Of a stretch of DNA of 64,000 nucleotides, positions 44,924-54,017 are shown piece after piece. Position numbers and translations under genes: made by a program. Source of the stretch: an uncultured Alphaproteobacteria bacterium (GTDB lineage: Bacteria; Pseudomonadota; Alphaproteobacteria; MPNO01; DASWLB01). Each line of letters opens with the position of its first letter. The stretch's first letter is position 1. The stretch spans positions 215,585 to 279,584 of the forward strand of contig CAWGXN010000003.1 in assembly GCA_963826605.1 (NCBI GenBank). The letters are read 5' to 3'. Under the pieces are notes generated by a model. That model saw nothing but the letters and a program-made list of their open reading frames with translations, did no database searches and was not told the DNA's origin.

Positions 44924-45000
44924 CGCCCGTAGCTCAACTGGATAGAGCACCAGACTACGGATCTGGGGGTTGGGGGTTCGAATCCTCCCGGGCGCGCCAT
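44924..45000 (+). tRNA. tRNA-Arg (anticodon ACG)
   Basis: Cloverleaf folded by hand: acceptor GCGCCCG/CGGGCGC, anticodon loop CTACGGA, T-loop GGGGGTTCGAATCCTCC, encoded CCA. Confidence 0.95.
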
Positions 45001-45170
45001 TCCCCTAATCGTGCCATCCGAGCGAGCCTGTCCAGGCCCTGGGGAAACCGCCTCGGGGTTTCCGTTCGCTGTCGGCCCGGCCTCGAAAACCGCCGCGGGT
45101 TGATCGTTGTGGCCGGCGACGGTACAAACGCCCGCTGGCACACCGCCGCCGCCTCCTGCAGGGAAGGGCC

Positions 45171-45584
45171 ATGTCGGAACGGGACGAGCAGGCGGCCCTG
45201 TTCGCCAACGAGGGGTTCTACCGCGCCTTCTGCGACCGCGACGTGGCGGCGATGCGCGCGCTGTGGGCGGAGCACGCGCCCGTCGCCTGCTGCCATCCCG
45301 GCTGGGGCGCGCTGGTGGGGCGCGACGCCGTGCTGGAAAGCTGGGCTGCCATCATGGAGAATCCCGCCTCGCCGGCCATCGTCTGCCACGACGCCCGCGC
45401 CCTGATGCTGGGCGAGGGGTGCGCGGCCGTCATCTGCTTCGAGGAGATGGAGAACGGCTTCACCCTCGCCACCAACCTGTTCGTGCGCGAGGGCGGGGCG
45501 TGGCGCATGGTCCACCATCATGCCGGCCCGACGGCGGAGCGCCCGCGCCGCCGGCGCACGGCACCGCCCGGCGCGATGCACTGA
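45171..45584 (+). CDS. NTF2-like (SnoaL/DUF4440) family protein
   Basis: FYRAFCDRDVAAMRALWAE...CCHPGW...GGAWRMVHHH. Confidence 0.7.
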   Translation: MSERDEQAALFANEGFYRAFCDRDVAAMRALWAEHAPVACCHPGWGALVGRDAVLESWAAIMENPASPAIVCHDARALMLGEGCAAVICFEEMENGFTLATNLFVREGGAWRMVHHHAGPTAERPRRRRTAPPGAMH

Positions 45585-45588
45585 CACG

Positions 45589-47982
45589 ATGGCGAGGGGA
45601 CACGCCATAGGCCGCCGCCTCGCCAGCTGGCTGGCGGTGGGGCTGGCGGCGCTGGCGCTGGCCGCGCCCGCCGTCGCCCAGGCGCCGGCCCAGGCGCCTG
45701 CAAAAACCGCCGCGCCGCGCGCCGCTGCGCCCAAGGCTGCCCCTGCGCCCGCCGCCGCGCCGGCCGCCTCCAACCTGCCGCCCGGCACCACCAAGGCCCA
45801 GCTTCGCGAGCTGGTCGACACGCTGAAAGACGACGCGAAGCGCGGCAAGCTGGTCTCCGAGCTCGAGCTGATGCTCGCGGCCCAGAACGAGGCGGAGGCC
45901 CCCGCCGCCAAGCCCGGCCTCGGGGCGCGCGTGATGGCATCCGTCTCCGAGCGGATCGACAATATCAGCCGGCATCTGGTCGGCGCCGCCTCGGTGGTGC
46001 TCGACGCGCCGCGCTTCGCCCGTCGCTTCCAGACGCAGGTCAGCTCGCCCGAGATGCGGGCGCGCTGGCTGGCGGTCGCGTGGAAGGGGCTGCTCGCCCT
46101 GCTGGTGGGCGCGATCGCCTGGTGGCTTGCCCGGTTCGCGCTGCGCCGCGCGCGCCGGCGCATGGAGACGCGCTCGGCCACGCAGCTCTGGGTCCGCGCG
46201 ATCTATCTTCTGACCTGGACGGTGCTGGAGATCGCGCCGATCGCGGCGTTCGCCGCCGCCGGCTACGCCGTGCTGCCGCTGGTCGATCCGGGTCCGGTGA
46301 CGCGCCTGGTGGCGCTCGCCCTGATCAACGCCATCGCGCTCGCCCGCGCGGTGGTGGCCGTCGCCCAGGCGGTATTCATGCCGTCGATCCCGGCGCTGCG
46401 CCTGTTCCCCATGAGCGACGAGGACGCGAGCTACGCCTTCGTCTGGGTGCGCCGCCTCGCCAACGTCGCGATCTATGGCTGGATGCTGGCGGAGGCGGCG
46501 CTGCTGCTGGGGCTCGATCCCGCCGCCTACGACGCGCTGATCAAGCTCGTGGGGCTGGTGGTCGCGCTTTTGCTGATCGTGCTGATCCTGCAGACCCGCC
46601 ATTCCGTGGCGCGCTGGCTGGTCGGCCGGCCGGAGGCGGACGGCCCGCCGCGCCGCTGGGGCGGGGTGCGCGCGCGCCTCGCCGACGTGTGGCACGTCAT
46701 CGCCATTGTCTATGTCGGCGGCATGTACGCGGTGTGGGCGCTCGGGATCCCGAACGGATTCGCCTTCGTCGGGCGCGCTTCGCTGCTGACCGTGGTCATC
46801 CTGATCGCCGCCCGGCTCGCGGCCCAGGCGGTGCGCCGCGGCTCCAACCGCATGTTCGCCATCTCCGAAGAGCTGCGCCACCGCTATCCCGGGCTCGAGG
46901 CGCGCGCCAACCGCTACCTCGCGGTGCTGCAGTCGATCGCGGTCGGGATCGTCTACGTTGCCGCCGCCTTCGCGATCCTGGCGAGCTGGGGCATCGACTC
47001 GGTCGCGTGGATCGATTCCGACACCGGCCGGCAGGTGACGGCCCGCGCCATCCTGATCGCCGCCGTGATCGCCGGCGCGGTGGTGGCGTGGGAAGCCTCG
47101 TCGGCGCTGATCGAGCGCGCGCTGAGCCACCGCGCCGGCGGCGTGCGCGTCACCCAGCGCGCCCGCACGCTGCTGCCGCTCGCCCGGACGGCGACGGGGG
47201 TGGTGCTGACCGGCCTCGCCGGGCTGATCGTGCTCGCCGAGCTCGGCGTGAATATCGGGCCGCTGCTGGCCGGGGCGGGGGTGATCGGGCTCGCCGTCGG
47301 GTTCGGCTCGCAGACGCTGGTGAAGGATCTCGTGACCGGCATCTTCATCCTGTCCGAGGACCAGATCGCGGTGGGCGACGTGGTGACGGCGGGCGGCCAT
47401 TCCGGCCTGGTCGAGGCGCTGACCATCCGCACGCTGCGCATGCGCTCGCTCGACGGCAACGTGCACATCATCCCCTACAGCGAGGTGTCGGCCGTCGAGA
47501 ACTTCACGAAGGACTATTCGCGCTACGTGTTCGAGGTGGGCGTCGCCTATCGCGAGGACGTGGACGAGGTCGCCGAGGTGCTGAGGGGCATCGGCAAGGA
47601 GATGCAGGACGACCCGACCTTCGGGCCCAAGATCATCGGCGCGCTGGAGGTGCTGGGGCTCGATTCGTTCGGCGACAACGCCATCGTCATCAAGGCGCGC
47701 ATCACCACCCTGCCGATCGAGCAATGGACGGTCGGGCGCGAGTTCAACCGGCGCATGAAGAAGAAGTTCGACGAGCTGGGCATCGAGATCCCGTTCCCGC
47801 ACCGCACGATCTATTTCGGCATCGACAAGAAGGGCGGCGCGCCGCCGGCGCGGGTGCTGCTGAACGAGGCCGCGCCGCCGCCGGCCGAGATCGAGGATTC
47901 GGGCGCGGCCGAGGCCGAGGCCGAGGAGGTGGGCAGCGGCGCGGCGACGCGCGCCCGCCCCGCCACCGGCGACGCGGGCTGA
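45589..47982 (+). CDS. MscS-family mechanosensitive channel with a large N-terminal domain
   Basis: Signal peptide, multiple TM helices, and MscS core GFGSQTLVKDLVTGIFILSEDQIAVGDVV. Confidence 0.85.
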   Translation: MARGHAIGRRLASWLAVGLAALALAAPAVAQAPAQAPAKTAAPRAAAPKAAPAPAAAPAASNLPPGTTKAQLRELVDTLKDDAKRGKLVSELELMLAAQNEAEAPAAKPGLGARVMASVSERIDNISRHLVGAASVVLDAPRFARRFQTQVSSPEMRARWLAVAWKGLLALLVGAIAWWLARFALRRARRRMETRSATQLWVRAIYLLTWTVLEIAPIAAFAAAGYAVLPLVDPGPVTRLVALALINAIALARAVVAVAQAVFMPSIPALRLFPMSDEDASYAFVWVRRLANVAIYGWMLAEAALLLGLDPAAYDALIKLVGLVVALLLIVLILQTRHSVARWLVGRPEADGPPRRWGGVRARLADVWHVIAIVYVGGMYAVWALGIPNGFAFVGRASLLTVVILIAARLAAQAVRRGSNRMFAISEELRHRYPGLEARANRYLAVLQSIAVGIVYVAAAFAILASWGIDSVAWIDSDTGRQVTARAILIAAVIAGAVVAWEASSALIERALSHRAGGVRVTQRARTLLPLARTATGVVLTGLAGLIVLAELGVNIGPLLAGAGVIGLAVGFGSQTLVKDLVTGIFILSEDQIAVGDVVTAGGHSGLVEALTIRTLRMRSLDGNVHIIPYSEVSAVENFTKDYSRYVFEVGVAYREDVDEVAEVLRGIGKEMQDDPTFGPKIIGALEVLGLDSFGDNAIVIKARITTLPIEQWTVGREFNRRMKKKFDELGIEIPFPHRTIYFGIDKKGGAPPARVLLNEAAPPPAEIEDSGAAEAEAEEVGSGAATRARPATGDAG

Positions 47983-47989
47983 ACGCGCG

Positions 47990-48208
47990 TCACGCGATGA
48001 TGTCGGGGACGAGGCGGCTTTCCAGCCGCGCGATCTGGTCCTTGAGCGCCAGCTTGCGCTTTTTCAGCCGCTGCATCTGGAGCTGGTCGAACGGCGCGGT
48101 CGCGGTGACGCGGGCGATCACGTCGTCCAGGTCGCGGTGCTCGCTGACCAGGTTGGCGAGCTTCTGGCGCGCCGCCGCCTGATCGTCCGTGCCCGAATCC
48201 GCCATCAT
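47990..48208 (-). CDS. DUF465 (YdcH-like) small protein
   Basis: LVSEHRDLDDVI...LQMQRLKKRKLALKDQIARLE. Confidence 0.7.
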   Translation of the reverse strand: MMADSGTDDQAAARQKLANLVSEHRDLDDVIARVTATAPFDQLQMQRLKKRKLALKDQIARLESRLVPDIIA

Positions 48209-48325
48209 TCCGCTCCCGGACGCAGCATAGCAGAATTCGCCGACGCCGGCGCATCCGTCGAGTTGAATGCAACCCCCGAATCTGGGAATAGTCGTCCCAG
48301 GGGGTGGGGCGGAAGGGCACCGGCC

Positions 48326-49420
48326 ATGGCGGCGACCAGGCGGATCGGGATACTCACCAGCGGCGGCGACTGCGCCGGGCTGAACGCGGTGATGCGCGCG
48401 GTGGTGTTCCGCGCGTGCGGCACCTATGGCTGGCAGGTGGTGGGCATCCGCGAGGGCACGCTGGGGCTGATGCGCCGGCCGGTCGACGTCGAGGATCTGA
48501 CGCCCGCGCGCTTCACCGGCAACGTGCTGCGCCAGGGCGGCACCATCCTGGGCACCACCAACCGCGGCGACCCGTTCGCCTTCCCGCTGCCCGACGGCAC
48601 CAAGACCGACCGCACCGCCGAGGTCATCGAAGGGTATCGCTCGCTCCATCTCGACGCGGTGATCGTGATCGGCGGCGACGGAAGCTTCGACATCATGCGG
48701 CGCCTGTCGGTGCTCGGCGGGATCCCGATGATCGGCATCCCCAAGACCATCGACAACGACGTGGGGCTGACCGAGAACGCGGTCGGCTACTCGACCGCCG
48801 TCGACGTGGCGACCGAGGCGCTCGATCGGCTGCAGCCGACGGCGGCCAGCCACTCGCGCGTCATGGTGCTCGAGGTGATGGGGCGCGACGCCGGCCACAT
48901 CGCGCTCAACGCCGGCATTGCGGGCGGCGCGGACGTGATCCTGATCCCGGAGATCCCGTGGTCGATGGCGGGGGTCGAGGCGAAGATCGAGGCGATCAAG
49001 GCCGCCGGGCGCAACTTCGCGCTGGTCGTCGTCTCCGAGGCGGTGCTGACCGAGACCGGCGAGAAGGTCATCCAGCACGACCTCTCGGGGGCGGTGCGGC
49101 TGGGCGGCGTCGGGCACTATCTCGGCCGGCGCATCGCCGAGGATTGCGGCGCCGAGACGCGCGTCACCGTGCTCGGCCATATCCAGCGCGGCGGTTCGCC
49201 CTCGTCGCGCGACCGGCTGTTCGCCTCGGCGTTCGGCGTGCACGCCGTCGACCTGATCGCCCAGGGCAAGTTCGACCGCATGGTCGCCTGGCGCAACCGC
49301 GAATGCGTCGACGTGCCGCTGGCCGACGCGGTGGCGAGCTATCATGTGGTCGATCCGCAGGGTACGCTGGTCCGCACCGCGCGCGGCCTCGGCATCTATG
49401 TCGGCGACGTTCCGGAGTAG
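48326..49420 (+). CDS. pfk: 6-phosphofructokinase (PfkA family)
   Basis: GILTSGGDCAGLN, IGGDGS, PKTIDND, MGRDAGHIAL. Confidence 0.9.
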   Translation: MAATRRIGILTSGGDCAGLNAVMRAVVFRACGTYGWQVVGIREGTLGLMRRPVDVEDLTPARFTGNVLRQGGTILGTTNRGDPFAFPLPDGTKTDRTAEVIEGYRSLHLDAVIVIGGDGSFDIMRRLSVLGGIPMIGIPKTIDNDVGLTENAVGYSTAVDVATEALDRLQPTAASHSRVMVLEVMGRDAGHIALNAGIAGGADVILIPEIPWSMAGVEAKIEAIKAAGRNFALVVVSEAVLTETGEKVIQHDLSGAVRLGGVGHYLGRRIAEDCGAETRVTVLGHIQRGGSPSSRDRLFASAFGVHAVDLIAQGKFDRMVAWRNRECVDVPLADAVASYHVVDPQGTLVRTARGLGIYVGDVPE

Positions 49421-49484
49421 AGCGACGCGGAATCGCGGCCCGGAACCGAAGACCCTGTCATTCCAACGAGAAGAAGGAGCCGTC

Positions 49485-50054
49485 ATGGCGACAACCGAGT
49501 TTCCCGCCCACCCGTTCTGGGACTTCGCGCTGCCGATCCACGAGGCCAAGGGCGTGGGCGAGGCGTGCATCGGCCTGCAGGACCGGCACGGGGTCGACGT
49601 GAACTGCCTGTTGTTCTGCTGCTGGGTGGCGAAGTCGGGCCGCGGACGGCTGGGCGCCGAGGGCGCCCGGAAAATGATCGAGGTCACGCGCCCCTGGAAC
49701 CAGGACGTGGTGCAGGCGCTGCGCGCGGTGCGCCGGCTGATGCGCCCCGGCGTGCCGCCGGTGGACAAGGGCATCTCCGACAGCCTGCGCCGCCGTCTGC
49801 TGGAGGTCGAGATCGACTGCGAGCGGGCCGAGATCGTGACGCTGGGCCAGGCCATCGACCTGCCGGAGAGCGAAGGCGCGGCGGAGGACGCCAAGGCAGG
49901 CGACGCGGTCGCCAACCTCGCCGCCTATTTCCAGGCGATGGGGGTGACGGCGAATTCTGAGGACGCGACCGCCTGCGCCACCATTCTGGGCGCGGTCTTC
50001 CCCGACGTTCCGGCCGAGAAGCTCGCCCAGCTGGCGGGCGGGATCGAGGCGTAA
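49485..50054 (+). CDS. conserved hypothetical protein (DUF2390/TIGR02444-like)
   Basis: AAGGAG RBS. FWDFALPIHEAKGVGEACIGLQDRHGVDVNCLLFCCW resembles that family as I recall it. Confidence 0.55.
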   Translation: MATTEFPAHPFWDFALPIHEAKGVGEACIGLQDRHGVDVNCLLFCCWVAKSGRGRLGAEGARKMIEVTRPWNQDVVQALRAVRRLMRPGVPPVDKGISDSLRRRLLEVEIDCERAEIVTLGQAIDLPESEGAAEDAKAGDAVANLAAYFQAMGVTANSEDATACATILGAVFPDVPAEKLAQLAGGIEA

Positions 50055-50272
50055 GCCATCGGCGTCCTCCTAATCCCTTGGGGGGTAAGCCAAATGGACA
50101 GTCGGGGGCGTTGATCGCTGGAATTCGTTAACATTTTCCGGCAGGCGGTCTCTCGTAGCCTGCGCGCCTCCGCGTACCGCACCTCGCCGGCTCCGCCCGC
50201 CGTGGCCTTGGCAAGGCCAGCCGAGAGGCGTAAATTTTACAGGTCCGATGGTAATCCGAAGGAGGCATCCAG

Positions 50273-50440
50273 ATGGCCCTCGACGATCACATCGAGTCGC
50301 TCAAGGCGAAGCATGCCGAGCTCGACACGTTGATCGCACAGGAAACTGCCCGACCTCAGCCGGACGACGCCGTGATCGGCGGACTCAAGAAGCAGAAGCT
50401 CCGAATCAAGGACGAGCTGAGCCGCCTCGCCCCGGCCTGA
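50273..50440 (+). CDS. DUF465 (YdcH-like) small protein, 55 aa, absent from the ORF track
   Basis: GGAGG RBS. Hand translation: MALDDHIESLKAKHAELDTLIAQETARPQPDDAVIGGLKKQKLRIKDELSRLAPA. Confidence 0.6.
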   Translation: MALDDHIESLKAKHAELDTLIAQETARPQPDDAVIGGLKKQKLRIKDELSRLAPA

Positions 50441-50545
50441 CCGGACCCGCCGGCGCCCCCGCCGGCACCCGCGGCTTTACAGGGCGCAGCGCCCTGCGCC
50501 ACAGTCTCCGTGCGCGCCCGGAACAGACGCGGGCGGGGAGGATTC

Positions 50546-52453
50546 ATGACCAGCCGATACGAGGCGGCCTATCACCGCTCGCTTGCCGATCCCCAGGGGT
50601 TCTGGGCCGAGGCGGCGGAGGACGTGCACTGGTTCCGCCGCTGGGACACGGTGCTCGACGATGCGAATTCGCCCTTCACGCGCTGGTTCGCCGGCGGGCT
50701 GGTCAATACCTGCCATGACGCGGTCGACCGCCACGTCGCCGAAGGGCGCGGCCTGCAGCCGGCGCTGATCTACAATTCCCCGGTCACCGGCACGAAGCGG
50801 ACCTACAGCTTCGCCGCGCTCAGGGACGAGGTGGCGCGCACCGCCGGCATGCTGGCCGGGCTGGGCGTCGCCAAGGGCGACCGGGTGGTGGTCTACATGC
50901 CGATGGTGCCCGAGGCGGTGATCGGCATGCTCGCCTGCGCACGCATCGGCGCGATCCATTCGGTGGTGTTCGGCGGCTTCGCCGCGCACGAGCTCGCCGT
51001 GCGCATCGACGACGCGAAGCCCACCGTGATCCTCGCCGGGTCGTGCGGCATCGAGCCCGGCCGCATCGTGGCCTACAAGCCGCTGCTCGACCGGGCGATC
51101 GAGATGGCGACGCACAAGCCGGCGCGCTGCGTCGTGCTGCAGCGCGACGAGGGGCCGTGCGATCTGGTCCCGGGCCGCGACCTCGACTGGCGCGAGGCGG
51201 TGGCCGCGGCAAGCCCAGTCGATTGCGTGCCGGTCGCCGCGACCGATCCGCTCTACATCCTCTACACCTCGGGCACGACGGGGGTGCCCAAGGGGGTGGT
51301 GCGCGACAATGGCGGCCACATCGTCGCGCTCAAATGGTCGATGAAGAACGTCTACGGCATGCAGCCGGGCGACGTGTACTGGGCCGCATCGGACATCGGC
51401 TGGGTGGTCGGTCACTCCTATATCGTCTACGCGCCCTTGTTCAACGGCAACACGACCATCCTGTACGAGGGCAAGCCGGTCGGCACGCCGGACGCCGGCG
51501 CGTTCTGGCGGGTGATCGCCGAGCACAAGGTGCGCGCGCTGTTCACCGCGCCGACCGCGTTCCGCGCCATTCGCCGCGACGATCCCGCCGGCGAACACAT
51601 CGCGCGTCATGACCTCTCGAATTTCGAGACGCTGTTCCTCGCCGGCGAGCACGCCGACCCCGAGACGATCAAGTGGGCCGAGGAGAAGCTGCAGCGCCCG
51701 GTGATCGACCATTGGTGGCAGACGGAGACCGGCTGGGCGATATGCGCCAACTGCGTCGGGCTGGGGCGGCTCCCGGTCAAGTACGGCTCGCCGACCAAGC
51801 CGGTGCCCGGCTACGACGTGCGCGTGCTGGACGAGGCGGGCAAGGAGGTGCCGCGCGGCGCCACCGGCGCGCTTGCGCTCAAGCTGCCGCTGCCGCCGGG
51901 GTGCCTGCCCACCTTGTGGAACGCCGACGAGCGGTTCGTGCAATCCTACATGTCCGAGCTTCCCGGCTACTACAAGACCGCCGATGCCGGCCATATCGAC
52001 GCGGACGGCTACGTGTTCGTCATGGGCCGCACCGACGACGTGATCAACGTGGCCGGTCACCGTCTTTCGACCGGCGCGATGGAGGAGGTGCTGGCCACCC
52101 ACCCCGACGTCGCCGAGTGCGCGGTGATCGGCGTCGCCGACCCGATCAAGGGTCAGGTGCCGCTCGGATTCCTGGTGCTCAAGGCGGGCATCGACCGGCC
52201 GCACGACGCGATCGTGAAGGAGGTGGTCGGCCGCGTGCGCGAGGAGATCGGCCCCGTCGCCTCGTTCCGCGCGTCCACCGTGGTGCAGCGACTGCCCAAG
52301 ACGCGCTCGGGCAAGATATTGCGCGGCACCATGCAGAAGATCGCCGACGGAGAGGACTGGCGCATGCCCGCGACGATCGACGATCCCGCCATCCTCGACG
52401 AGATCGCCGTCGCCCTTACGACGCTCGGCTACGCGAAGAAGCGGGCCGGCTAG
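50546..52453 (+). CDS. prpE: propionate--CoA ligase (acyl-CoA synthetase family)
   Basis: YEAAYHRSLADPQGFWAEAA, YTSGTTGVPKG, TADAG, KTRSGKILR. Confidence 0.8.
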   Translation: MTSRYEAAYHRSLADPQGFWAEAAEDVHWFRRWDTVLDDANSPFTRWFAGGLVNTCHDAVDRHVAEGRGLQPALIYNSPVTGTKRTYSFAALRDEVARTAGMLAGLGVAKGDRVVVYMPMVPEAVIGMLACARIGAIHSVVFGGFAAHELAVRIDDAKPTVILAGSCGIEPGRIVAYKPLLDRAIEMATHKPARCVVLQRDEGPCDLVPGRDLDWREAVAAASPVDCVPVAATDPLYILYTSGTTGVPKGVVRDNGGHIVALKWSMKNVYGMQPGDVYWAASDIGWVVGHSYIVYAPLFNGNTTILYEGKPVGTPDAGAFWRVIAEHKVRALFTAPTAFRAIRRDDPAGEHIARHDLSNFETLFLAGEHADPETIKWAEEKLQRPVIDHWWQTETGWAICANCVGLGRLPVKYGSPTKPVPGYDVRVLDEAGKEVPRGATGALALKLPLPPGCLPTLWNADERFVQSYMSELPGYYKTADAGHIDADGYVFVMGRTDDVINVAGHRLSTGAMEEVLATHPDVAECAVIGVADPIKGQVPLGFLVLKAGIDRPHDAIVKEVVGRVREEIGPVASFRASTVVQRLPKTRSGKILRGTMQKIADGEDWRMPATIDDPAILDEIAVALTTLGYAKKRAG

Positions 52454-52475
52454 GCGCGGCGCGCGAGGCCCGGCG

Positions 52476-53762
52476 ATGCCCGTCCCTGTGCGGGATCCCG
52501 CCTTCGACCGCGCGCTGGAGCGCGAGGTCCTGGCGAGCGAGATACTCCGGGCGCGCGTCATGGCGATCGCGCTGGGGGTGCTCGCTGTCCTCGTCACGCT
52601 CGCCTTCCATCTCGGCCTCGACGACTTTCAGCGCTTCGCGACCGCGCCGCTGTCCCCCTGGCTGCCACTCTTCGTCATCGGGCCGTTCTTCCTGTACGAA
52701 TGCGGCTTCCTCGCAGGCATGTCGGTTTTCGCCGCGCGCGGGCGCCTGCCGCCGCGCCTTGCGCCCTACGGCAACGCCATCGTCGAGACGAGCCTGCCGT
52801 CCGTGATCCTTCTGGTCGCGAGCCATTATGCCGAGCCCTCGATCGTCTTCGGCGGCTGGCCGTCCTTCCTCTATTTCATCTTCATCCTGGCGGCGACCCT
52901 GCGGCTCGGCTTCGCCCTGCCGATGCTCACCGGCGTCGTTGCCGCCGCGGAATATCTGGCGATCGCCGCGTGGCTGCTGCCCCTCTCCTTGTCGGCGGAT
53001 GCGGCGGTGCAGTCGCCCCTCTACCACGGCGGCCGTGCGTTGGTCATGCTGGCGGCGGGGGCGATCGCGGGCCTCGTCTCGATCAGGCTGCGCGCCAAAC
53101 TGGTCCGCGTGCTCGAGGAGTCCGCCGAGCGCGACCGCGTGGTCAACCTGTTCGGCCAGCACGTCTCGCCCGCCGTGGTCGACCGGCTGCTCGACACCAG
53201 CGTCGGCACCGAAGGCGAGGCCCGCCAAGTCTGCGTCATGTTCCTCGATTTCCGCGACTTCACCGCGTTCGCGCGACGGCACACGCCGAACGAGGTGGTC
53301 GCCTTCCTGAACGCCGCCTTCGCCTTCATGATCGAGGCGGTCGACCGCCGCCAGGGCATCATCAACAAGTTCCTGGGCGACGGCTTCATGGCGACGTTCG
53401 GCGCGCCGCTCTCGGACCCCAGCGCGGCGAGCCACGCCGTCGCCGCCGCGCGCGACATTCTGGCGGAGCTCGACCGCCGCGCCGCAGCGGGGGCGGCGCC
53501 GCTCGCCGTCGGCATCGGGATTCACCTGGGCGTCGCGGTGACCGGCAGCATCGGCTCGCCGCGCCGCAAGGAGTTCACGGTGGTGGGCGACATCGTCAAC
53601 CTCGCCGCGCGCATCGAGCAGGCGAACAAGGAGTTCGGCTCGCGCCTGCTGGTGTCCGACGCTGTCGCGCGGGCGCTCGACCCGCCGCCGGCGGACGCCG
53701 CGCGCCTGTCGGCCGAAATGAAGGGCTACGGCGAGCCGATCACGGTGTGGCGGCTGGCCTGA
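52476..53762 (+). CDS. membrane-anchored class III adenylate/guanylate cyclase
   Basis: Six or so TM helices, then VCVMFLDFRDFTAF...KFLGDGFMATFG...GIHLG...VGDIVNLAARIE. Confidence 0.85.
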   Translation: MPVPVRDPAFDRALEREVLASEILRARVMAIALGVLAVLVTLAFHLGLDDFQRFATAPLSPWLPLFVIGPFFLYECGFLAGMSVFAARGRLPPRLAPYGNAIVETSLPSVILLVASHYAEPSIVFGGWPSFLYFIFILAATLRLGFALPMLTGVVAAAEYLAIAAWLLPLSLSADAAVQSPLYHGGRALVMLAAGAIAGLVSIRLRAKLVRVLEESAERDRVVNLFGQHVSPAVVDRLLDTSVGTEGEARQVCVMFLDFRDFTAFARRHTPNEVVAFLNAAFAFMIEAVDRRQGIINKFLGDGFMATFGAPLSDPSAASHAVAAARDILAELDRRAAAGAAPLAVGIGIHLGVAVTGSIGSPRRKEFTVVGDIVNLAARIEQANKEFGSRLLVSDAVARALDPPPADAARLSAEMKGYGEPITVWRLA

Positions 53763-53780
53763 CGCGACGCCCTGGAACGC

Positions 53781-53808
53781 GGAAGGGCGGCGTTTCCGCC
53801 GCCCTTCC
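53781..53808 (+). terminator. perfect 12-bp stem hairpin after the cyclase gene
   Basis: ggaagggcggcg tttc cgccgcccttcc followed by gtt. No long U tract. Confidence 0.5.
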
Positions 53809-54017
53809 GTTGCCGCGCGCCTGAGGGAGGGTCAGGCAGTAACGTCACATCCTGTCACGGGGTGGCACGCGAGCGACCCTCAGAAGCGCCGGTTTTGTCG
53901 AAACAAGTTGAGCCACCCTGTGCCTTGACGTGACTCACTATGACGCTTAAATCGCTACCCGTACGGCCATTGGGTAGCGGCGGGTAGCGGGCCTGCCGCC
54001 GGCACGAGCGGGGTGCC

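Noticed and set aside
44924-45000. tRNA-Arg as the integration site of the island
   Set aside because: It lies about 9 kb upstream, and ordinary high-GC core genes (NTF2-like, MscS, pfk, prpE, cyclase) sit between it and the integrase.
50470-50495. The palindrome cagggcgcagcgccctg after the small DUF465 gene as an intrinsic terminator
   Set aside because: The loop is too small and there is no downstream U tract, so it is not convincing.
53821-53881. The ctgaggg...ccctcag inverted repeat as an att site
   Set aside because: It is only 7 bp per arm and no partner copy is visible, so it cannot be told apart from chance.
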